Of a DNA stretch of 32,000 bases, positions 10,477 through 18,540 are shown one piece after another. This stretch comes from Candidatus Portiera aleyrodidarum. Its GTDB lineage: Bacteria > Pseudomonadota > Gammaproteobacteria > Johnevansiales > Johnevansiaceae. How positions within the stretch are numbered: the first letter of the stretch is position 1; every line of letters begins with the position of its first letter. Made by a program: the position numbers and the translations under genes. The stretch is taken from contig NZ_LN649255.1 of the NCBI RefSeq assembly GCF_000953295.1, positions 90,001 to 122,000 of the forward strand, read 5' to 3'. Under the pieces are notes generated by a model. That model was given only the letters and a program-made list of their open reading frames with translations. It had not been told where the DNA came from and ran no database searches.

Positions 10477-10503
10477 CGTATTTCACTCCAAACTTTTTTT
10501 CAT

Positions 10504-10998
10504 TCAATTTACTATTATTATACCTTTAATTATATCTACATTATTAATAACACTGGTTGGTAAAAGATATTCTTTTGAATTTTTTTTATTATTTACTACT
10601 AAAACATCATTAGCCCCTGTTACAAAAATATAATTTACCTTGCCTATATATTTTTTTTCTTTATTAAAAACATTTAACTTTTCAAGTTGATACCAATAAT
10701 ATTCTCCTTTTGGTAATTTAGGTAAGATCTTATTTGGCAACTTTATTAAAGATCCAATAATAGCTTTTGCTTTTTCACGTGTTTTAATTCCGTTTAATTG
10801 CACAAGAATAAATCTATTAACTAAATATATATGTTTTACTTTAAAATATATATTTTTTCCTTTTATTTCTAATATCCATAATCTACTGTAGTCAATTATA
10901 TTACATATTGGAGTTGTATAAGAGTAAATTTTTACCCACCCTTTAACACCATAAGTTTTAGTTATAATTCCCATTACTAAATTATTTTTAAGATTCAC
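10504..10998 (-). CDS. rimM: 16S rRNA processing protein RimM
   Basis: 164 aa. [18 protein letters not shown] aligns with E. coli [26 protein letters not shown] and GANDVLVV also match. The start is a GTG overlapping the rpsP stop (GTGA). An internal ATG at 10974 is the alternative start. Confidence 0.85.
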   Translation of the reverse strand: MNLKNNLVMGIITKTYGVKGWVKIYSYTTPICNIIDYSRLWILEIKGKNIYFKVKHIYLVNRFILVQLNGIKTREKAKAIIGSLIKLPNKILPKLPKGEYYWYQLEKLNVFNKEKKYIGKVNYIFVTGANDVLVVNNKKNSKEYLLPTSVINNVDIIKGIIIVN

Positions 10999-11231
10999 TT
11001 ATATTTTTTTAATAAAAATAAAACCCTATCTGAAATTTTTGCACCTTTATTTTTCCAATAATCTAATCTAATGTGGTTAATACTTAATCTTTCTTCACCT
11101 TGAACTAAAGGATTAAAATATCCTAATTTTTCAATAAATCTACCATCACGAGATCTCCTAGAATCTTTAACATAAATATGATAAAAAGGTCTATTTTTAC
11201 AACCTCTACGAGACAGTCGTATCTTTACCAT
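10995..11231 (-). CDS. rpsP: 30S ribosomal protein S16
   Basis: 78 aa. [41 protein letters not shown] is the canonical S16 N-terminus. Confidence 0.95.
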   Translation of the reverse strand: MVKIRLSRRGCKNRPFYHIYVKDSRRSRDGRFIEKLGYFNPLVQGEERLSINHIRLDYWKNKGAKISDRVLFLLKKYK

Positions 11232-11250
11232 AAATCTCCCTTTAATTTTA

Positions 11251-12267
<1,017 letters not shown>

Positions 12268-12291
12268 TTAATTTTACCTTTTATAATTTAT

Positions 12292-12777
12292 TTATTTTTC
12301 TTTACTCAATACACGAGTAATACCAGAAACTCCAGTTCGTACTACTTCTGAAATCCCTACTATTGCCCTAATAAATGCATCTAATTTTTCTTCATCACCA
12401 GTTATTTGTATTATAAAATCTTTTGTAGTTACATCGACAATATTAGCTCTAAAAATTTCTGTAATTCTTTTAATTTCTGCCCGCATCTCATTTGTAAATG
12501 CTTTAACTTTTATTAACATTAATTCTCTAGCTATATGAGATACTTCTGTTAAATCTAATATTTGCACGACATCTACTAATTTATTTAATTGCTTTATAAT
12601 TTGCTCTATTACACGTGCTTCTCCATTTGTAGTTAACGTTAATCTAGATAACGTTATATCTTCAGTATGAGCAACATTAAGAGTTTCAATATTAAAATTT
12701 CGTTGTGAAAATACTCCAACTATTTTAGATAACGCTCCTGGTTCGTTTTCTAATAATATTGATATTATATGACGCAT
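12292..12777 (-). CDS. ilvH: Acetolactate synthase small (regulatory) subunit
   Basis: 161 aa. The N-terminal ACT domain is MRHIISILLENEPGALSKIVGVFSQRNFNIETLNVA. It lies directly downstream of the large subunit. Confidence 0.9.
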   Translation of the reverse strand: MRHIISILLENEPGALSKIVGVFSQRNFNIETLNVAHTEDITLSRLTLTTNGEARVIEQIIKQLNKLVDVVQILDLTEVSHIARELMLIKVKAFTNEMRAEIKRITEIFRANIVDVTTKDFIIQITGDEEKLDAFIRAIVGISEVVRTGVSGITRVLSKEK

Positions 12778-12783
12778 ATGATA

Positions 12784-14514
12784 TTACTCCAATTTTGAAA
12801 GTAACATATCATTAATAGCTCCTAATGGTCTTTGCATTGGATATACGTGTTCATGTGGGTCGATATAGATATTTATAAATACTAACTCATTTTTATTTAA
12901 AAATACTTTTTCTAAAGCTGGTTCTAATTCTTCTATTAATTTTACAGATATTGCTTTAAATCCATACGCTTCAAATAAACTATGAAATTCAGGTAAAGAT
13001 TCAACATAAGAATTAGCATGCCTGGATTTATAATTTATATCTTGCCATTGCCTTACCATACCTAGAGTACCATTATTTAAGTGTATTATTTTTAATGAAA
13101 TATCAAATTGTTTACATGTTGATAATTCTTGCATCATCATTTGAAAACTTCCTTCTCCAGTAAACAATACAACTTGTTCTTTAGGAAAACTTAATTTAAT
13201 TCCCATTGCTGCTGGCAAACCAAAACCCATTGTTCCTAAACCTCCAGATGTTATAAACCTATTAGGTTTATTAAACTTATAATATTGAGCCGTGAACATT
13301 TGATGTTGACCTACATCAGTTGCTATATAAGCTTCTCCTTTTGTTAGTTTATATACAGCTTCTATTACTTGTTGCGGTTTAATTAAATCTCTTTTAGTAG
13401 TTGTTTTATATAAGTTCCCATCTCTATTTGATATCCATTCATTTATACATTTCCACCAATTTTCCAATTTTTTTTTTCTAATCTCAATCTTATTTTTATT
13501 ATAATTCTTTTTTATTTTTTTTAACATTACTGTTAATACTTTCTTAGCAGAACCTACAATAGGTACATCTGCTAATATAGTCTTAGAAATAGAACACGGA
13601 TCAATATCTATATGAATTACTTTAGCATTAGGGCAAAATTTTTCTGTATTATTAGTTACCCTGTCATCAAATCTAGCACCTATACAAAAGATAATATCTG
13701 AATTATGCATAGCATTATTAGCTTCAAAAGAACCATGCATACCTGCCCAACCTAGACATTGAAAATCACTTTGTGGAAATGCCCCAATTCCCATCAAGGA
13801 CGTAATAACAGGTATAAAAAGTAATTTAGCAACTTTAATTATTAATTTACTAGCTTCACCTGTTATTGCACCTCCCCCAGCAAATAATACAGGTCGTTCT
13901 GCTTTATATAATAATTTCAATGCTTTTTTTATATTTTTTTTAATATTATTTTCTTTATTAAAAGATCTTATATTCAACTTCTTAGGATAAATATACTCAT
14001 ACAAATCATGAGGAGAGGTCATATCTTTGGGAATATCTACTAAAACAGGCCCTAATCTACCTGAGCTAGCTATATAAAATGCTTTTTTTAATATGAGAGG
14101 TATATCAGCAGTATCACGAATAGTAAAACTATGTTTTACTATTGGCCTTGTTACTCCTACTATATCTGTTTCTTGAAATGCATCTTCTCCTATTAATTTA
14201 CTTACAACCTGACCACAAAGGATTACCATTGGTATAGAATCCATATATGCAGTTGCGATCCCTGTTACTGCATTAGTAGCACCTGGTCCTGATGTAACTA
14301 ATACTACACCTGGTTTTCCACTAGCTCTTGCGTACCCATCTGCCATATGAGTAGCAGCTTGTTCATGCCGAACCAAAATATGTTTGACTTCATCTTGTCG
14401 GAATAAAGCATCATAAATATGAAGAGCAGCTCCACCTGGGTAACCATATATATATTTTACGCCTTCATCTTTCATAAAGCGTATTATCATATCAGCTCCT
14501 GATAATAATTCCAA
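12784..14514 (-). CDS. ilvI: Acetolactate synthase large (catalytic) subunit
   Basis: 576 aa. (M)ELLSGADMIIRFMKDEGVKYIYGYPGGAALHIYDAL is colinear with E. coli IlvI from residue 1. ThDP motifs GGLGTMGFGLPAAMG and GEGSFQMMMQEL are present. The start codon is TTG, 7 nt after AAGGGAG. Confidence 0.92.
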   Translation of the reverse strand: MELLSGADMIIRFMKDEGVKYIYGYPGGAALHIYDALFRQDEVKHILVRHEQAATHMADGYARASGKPGVVLVTSGPGATNAVTGIATAYMDSIPMVILCGQVVSKLIGEDAFQETDIVGVTRPIVKHSFTIRDTADIPLILKKAFYIASSGRLGPVLVDIPKDMTSPHDLYEYIYPKKLNIRSFNKENNIKKNIKKALKLLYKAERPVLFAGGGAITGEASKLIIKVAKLLFIPVITSLMGIGAFPQSDFQCLGWAGMHGSFEANNAMHNSDIIFCIGARFDDRVTNNTEKFCPNAKVIHIDIDPCSISKTILADVPIVGSAKKVLTVMLKKIKKNYNKNKIEIRKKKLENWWKCINEWISNRDGNLYKTTTKRDLIKPQQVIEAVYKLTKGEAYIATDVGQHQMFTAQYYKFNKPNRFITSGGLGTMGFGLPAAMGIKLSFPKEQVVLFTGEGSFQMMMQELSTCKQFDISLKIIHLNNGTLGMVRQWQDINYKSRHANSYVESLPEFHSLFEAYGFKAISVKLIEELEPALEKVFLNKNELVFINIYIDPHEHVYPMQRPLGAINDMLLSKLE

Positions 14515-14666
14515 TTTTAAGCTCCCTTAAATACTAAATAACTTTTTTTAGTTTAATAAATAAAAAAGAAGCTTTCAAGTATTAAATAATAACATAGTTC
14601 TATTAATTCCATTTTTTTTATGCTAATATAATTTTTATTTACTTTAAACTCTTTGGATAAGTAATT

Positions 14667-15293
14667 ATGTTATTAGAATATATACATTATGTTATAATAG
14701 GTTTTATAACTTTATTACCTGTAGCTAACCCACTCACTAGCACTACTTTATTATTAATCTTGGGTAAGAAACTAAATACTTATGAACGTAATAAACAAAT
14801 ATATTTTGCTACTTTTTATGTAGCAATTCTAATGTTGATTTGTTTTTATGCTGGTAATGAAATTATAAATGCTTTTGGTATTTCTCTTAATGGTTTACGT
14901 ATTACTGGAGGTATAATTTTATTTTATATTGGATTTAAAATGTTATTTAATTTAAATAATTCTTCTATAAAAGAAAAAAATAATAAACAAGATATATCTT
15001 TTGTTCCTCTAGCTTTACCTGGTACTATTGGGCCAGGTACTATCGCTTTAATTATTAATTCATCTTCAAAATTCCCTTCAACACTAATTATACATTGTGT
15101 AATATTTACTATTACAGCCTTAATTTCATTTATTTTTTTAATTAGTTTATTAAGTGCTAAAAAAATCTTTAAATTAATTGGTAACTCAGGTCTTGATGCT
15201 ATTTCTCGGATTCTGGGGTTTCTATTAAGTTGTATGGGAGTACAATTTGTAATTACAGGTCTTCTTGATATAGTCTTATTGATTCTGAGATAA
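14667..15293 (+). CDS. MarC/UPF0056 family integral membrane protein
   Basis: 208 aa and polytopic. LLPVANPL, FGISLNGLRITGGIILFYIGFKMLF, FVPLALPGTIGPGTIA and ISRILGFLL..MGVQFVITGL match the MarC/YhgN/YchE family pattern. The last 18 nt overlap the 3' end of clpB on the opposite strand. Confidence 0.75.
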   Translation: MLLEYIHYVIIGFITLLPVANPLTSTTLLLILGKKLNTYERNKQIYFATFYVAILMLICFYAGNEIINAFGISLNGLRITGGIILFYIGFKMLFNLNNSSIKEKNNKQDISFVPLALPGTIGPGTIALIINSSSKFPSTLIIHCVIFTITALISFIFLISLLSAKKIFKLIGNSGLDAISRILGFLLSCMGVQFVITGLLDIVLLILR

Positions 15294-17156
15294 TATCTCC
15301 TTTCTAAATACAAATTGATCCTTTTCAAGTACAACCTTAATAATATCTCCTTTAATAAAAGTTCCATACAACATTGCTTTTGATATAGGTTTTTCTAATA
15401 TTTTTTGAATTACTTTTTTTATCGGGCTTGCTCCATATACTGGAGAAAATCCAAAAGAGGATATTTTTTCTAAAACATCTTGTGTAAGTTCTAATTTTAT
15501 ATTTTTTTTAGCTAACCGGGTTTTTAATTTCTTGATTTTTATAGAAACAATACTATTAATTTCATTAATAAATAAAGAATTAAATATTACGAAGTCATCA
15601 ATAATTTTTATAAAATCAGGATTAAAATGAGCAGTAACTAATTCCATAACTACAAAATTTAGTTGAGTATATGATTCTCCAGCCAATCTCTTAATAATTT
15701 CATTTCCTAAATTTGTTATTATAATAATAATTGTATTTCTAAAATAGACATGACGGCCCTCATTATCAATAAAAATCCCAGTTTCTAATATTTGTATTAA
15801 TATCTTACTATTAAATTGATCTACATTGTAAAGCAAGATAACTGAAAAAGGTCTAATAAAGAATAATCTTGAAATATAATTCTTATCAGACAAATCAATA
15901 CGTACTATTTCTTCTGTATTAAAAATTAAATCCGATAAAACTTTACATAATTCTGTTTTTCCTACACCTGTTGGCCCAATAAATAAAAAAGAACAAATCT
16001 TATTTTTATTTTTCCTACCTGGAATAGAAATACGCCTCACGGAATTACAAACTGTATGAACTGCTTCAATTTGACCAATTATTCTCTTATGCAAGACATC
16101 TTCCATTTTTTTAAGTTTTTCGATTTCACTTTCTAATATCTTTGCAATAGGTATTCCTGTAAATATTGAAAGTACTTCTGCAATTTCTTCTTCTGTTAAA
16201 TCTTGCTTATTTTCTTTTTTTTTTTCTAACCCATATATAATTCTATAAGCAGATGCTCCATTTAATAAATCTTTTTTTGAATTACATTCTTTACTTATTT
16301 CTTTTATTTTATTTTTCAATATACTTAAAATTTTCTTAGAATAATTATATTTTTCTCTTTCAATAACTTCTCTTTCAATAACTTCTCTTTCAATTTTTAA
16401 TTGAATCAAATTCCATTCTATTTTATCAAATACTTCTGTTTTATAATAATCTCTCCCCATCCGTCTCAAAGACGCAGCCTCATCTATTAAATCAATAGCT
16501 TTCTCTGGTAATTTTCTGTTAGTAATATACCGATTTGATAATTTTACTGCTGCTAAAATAGCTCCAGTTGTTAGATTTACACAGTGATGCAGTTCATATC
16601 TTTTTTTTAACCTACGTAATCTAACTATTGTATCTTCTTGCGACGGTTCAGATACCATAATTTTTTGAAACATTCTATTTAATACAATATCTTTTTCTAA
16701 AAATTTTATATACTCAAAAAATGTAGTAGCTCCAACACAATTAACTTTCTCTCTATATAACATATTTCCTAAATATCTGGTATATTTTACTAATCCAGCA
16801 ATATTGTCTATAAATAATATAATACGACCTTTACCTTCTTTACTTAAGTTTTTAATTACTGATTTTATCTTCTCTTCAAAATCTACTCTTAATTTAGCTT
16901 CAAAAATTAAAGCTCCCATATCGATAGAATATATTTTTTTATTTTTAATACTTTGTGGAACATCACCATTAATAATACGTTTAGCTAATATTTCTACAAT
17001 TGCTGTTTTCCCAACTCCTGATTCTCCAATAATTAAAGGTATATTTTTAGTCCGTTTCTGTAAAACTTGAATTATTCTGCGGATTTCAGCCTCCCTACCA
17101 ATTAATGAATCAAATTTTCCTTTTAATGCACTTTTTGTAATATCCATAATATACAT
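15276..17156 (-). CDS. clpB: ClpB-like Hsp100 AAA+ protein, N-terminally truncated with degenerate catalytic motifs
   Basis: 626 aa versus about 857 in E. coli. It is colinear from about E. coli residue 160 (LIGREAEIRRIIQVLQKRTKNIPLIIGESGVGKTAIVEILAKRIINGDVP). The second Walker A (FLFIGPTGVGKTELCK) and the C-terminal small domain (SPVYGASPIKKVIQ) are present. Both Walker B motifs and both pore loops are altered; see findings. Confidence 0.8.
   Translation of the reverse strand: MYIMDITKSALKGKFDSLIGREAEIRRIIQVLQKRTKNIPLIIGESGVGKTAIVEILAKRIINGDVPQSIKNKKIYSIDMGALIFEAKLRVDFEEKIKSVIKNLSKEGKGRIILFIDNIAGLVKYTRYLGNMLYREKVNCVGATTFFEYIKFLEKDIVLNRMFQKIMVSEPSQEDTIVRLRRLKKRYELHHCVNLTTGAILAAVKLSNRYITNRKLPEKAIDLIDEAASLRRMGRDYYKTEVFDKIEWNLIQLKIEREVIEREVIEREKYNYSKKILSILKNKIKEISKECNSKKDLLNGASAYRIIYGLEKKKENKQDLTEEEIAEVLSIFTGIPIAKILESEIEKLKKMEDVLHKRIIGQIEAVHTVCNSVRRISIPGRKNKNKICSFLFIGPTGVGKTELCKVLSDLIFNTEEIVRIDLSDKNYISRLFFIRPFSVILLYNVDQFNSKILIQILETGIFIDNEGRHVYFRNTIIIIITNLGNEIIKRLAGESYTQLNFVVMELVTAHFNPDFIKIIDDFVIFNSLFINEINSIVSIKIKKLKTRLAKKNIKLELTQDVLEKISSFGFSPVYGASPIKKVIQKILEKPISKAMLYGTFIKGDIIKVVLEKDQFVFRKEILSQNQ
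16354..16394 (-). repeat. 15-bp in-frame tandem repeat (about 2.7 copies) inside clpB
   Basis: The plus strand reads tctctttcaataact / tctctttcaataact / tctctttcaat. It encodes IEREVIEREVIERE in the remnant of the ClpB middle domain. Confidence 0.9.
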
Positions 17157-17180
17157 TTTTAATTATTCTTTAACTAGTGA

Positions 17181-18107
17181 TTATTTTTTACTTCTTGAAT
17201 AGATATTATTATAACGCAATCTATTTAATAAATATTTCATATCTTTTGGCAATTTTACTTTTAATTTAATTTTTTCATTTTTTGTAGGATGTTCAAACTG
17301 TAAACAATGAGCATGCAAAGCCTGTCTATTAAAATTAGGTAATATCTTTTTTTTAAAATATATATAATCCCCTATTAATGATCTATTTATATAATCCATA
17401 TGTACTCTAATTTGATGGGTTCGCCCTGTTTCTAACCAACAACGTAGATAAGTATGTGATTTAAACTTTTCAATTACTCTGTAATGTGTTCTTGCTACTT
17501 TTCCATCACTTCTTACAATTTTCCTTTTTCTATTTTTAAAATGACGACCTATTTTTGTTTTTATGGAACCACCTGTAAATACTTTACCTATTACTAATGC
17601 ATCATATTCTCTAATTATGCTTTTATATTTTATTTGTTTAATTAATTTTTTATATGTTACTAAAGTTTTAGCAATTATTAGTAAACCACTAGTATCTTTA
17701 TCTATACGATGTACCAAACCAGCTCGGGGCAATTTTCTTAATTCTGGGTAACAATCCAAGATTGCATTAACTAAAGTTCCTTTTAGATTTCCTTTTGAAG
17801 GATGAACCACTAACCCCGGTTTTTTATTTATCACCATTAAATCTTTATCTTCATAAATTATATCTATTTTAAGCTTTTCTGATTTCAATACTTTCTCAAC
17901 TAAATAATCTTTATTAAATGATAATAATGCAAGACATTGTCCTTCATTTATTTTCTCCTTTGGCTTAGCTGGAAAACCATCTACTATTAATTTTCTCTTA
18001 TTAATAAAATATTTAATTTTTTCTCTAGAAAAATTAAATAATTCACTTGATGCTTTATCTAATCTCATCCCATGCAGATTACTTGGAATATATTTAATAG
18101 TTCTCAT
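17181..18107 (-). CDS. rluD: 23S rRNA pseudouridine synthase, RluA family (RluD-like)
   Basis: 308 aa. It has an N-terminal S4-like region, the catalytic motif GLVHRIDKDTSGLLIIAKT, and GRTHQIRVH. Its position upstream of clpB matches the enteric rluD-clpB neighbourhood. Confidence 0.75.
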   Translation of the reverse strand: MRTIKYIPSNLHGMRLDKASSELFNFSREKIKYFINKRKLIVDGFPAKPKEKINEGQCLALLSFNKDYLVEKVLKSEKLKIDIIYEDKDLMVINKKPGLVVHPSKGNLKGTLVNAILDCYPELRKLPRAGLVHRIDKDTSGLLIIAKTLVTYKKLIKQIKYKSIIREYDALVIGKVFTGGSIKTKIGRHFKNRKRKIVRSDGKVARTHYRVIEKFKSHTYLRCWLETGRTHQIRVHMDYINRSLIGDYIYFKKKILPNFNRQALHAHCLQFEHPTKNEKIKLKVKLPKDMKYLLNRLRYNNIYSRSKK

Positions 18108-18113
18108 ATATCC

Positions 18114-18521
18114 TCATACTATTAAACTTATAAAACAACCCATAATTATTGCAATATCTGCTATATTAAATACTAAATAATATTTATCTAACCAATGAAA
18201 TGACAAAAAATCAATAATAAAACCATGACCCAATCTATCTATTAGATTACCTAGAGTCCCCCCAATAATTAATTCTAAACCAATACAAATTTTTATATAA
18301 TTATTATTAAACAAAAAAATACCTAAAATACAAATCCAAAAATTAATTAATAAAAACCAATAACTGCTACTTATTAATTCTGATGATACATAATTATGTA
18401 ACAAAGTTAAATTTAAATTTTTATTAATTATTATAATACTTCCATCATTTAACCAATTTGTGACAAATAATTTAGTACTAAAATCCACAATTATTATTAT
18501 AAATATTAACTTAATATTCAT
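18114..18521 (-). CDS. lspA: Lipoprotein signal peptidase (signal peptidase II), shortened
   Basis: 135-aa membrane protein. Both catalytic Asp motifs are retained: IIGGTLGNLIDRL and VFNIADIAI. It lies directly downstream of ileS, as in most Proteobacteria. Confidence 0.78.
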   Translation of the reverse strand: MNIKLIFIIIIVDFSTKLFVTNWLNDGSIIIINKNLNLTLLHNYVSSELISSSYWFLLINFWICILGIFLFNNNYIKICIGLELIIGGTLGNLIDRLGHGFIIDFLSFHWLDKYYLVFNIADIAIIMGCFISLIV

Positions 18522-18540
18522 ATAAATCTTAACCTAATCT

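Noticed and set aside
14515-14666. A possible ilv leader peptide or attenuator in the 152-bp ilvI upstream spacer. The small ORF is MELIELCYYLILESFFFIY.
   Set aside because: It has no run of consecutive Ile/Leu/Val regulatory codons and no convincing alternative terminator or antiterminator hairpins. An ORF of this kind is expected by chance. I also see only weak -35/-10 candidates for the divergent MarC-family gene (TATAAT at 14627..14632 without a good -35).
14924-15367. A 147-aa minus-strand ORF spanning the 3' half of the MarC-family gene and the clpB 3' end. I considered it as a possible hidden or overlapping gene.
   Set aside because: It is antisense to a membrane protein with clear family motifs. 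It is out of frame with the clpB C-terminus, which aligns to ClpB through to its own stop. It shows no motif, and its composition looks like a shadow ORF.
17157-17340. I looked for a sigma-32 heat-shock promoter (TTGAAA, 13-15 nt, CCCCAT-like) upstream of clpB, inside the rluD 3' end.
   Set aside because: Only a lone TTGAAC is present, with no CCCAT-like -10 at the correct spacing. There is no support for a dedicated heat-shock promoter.
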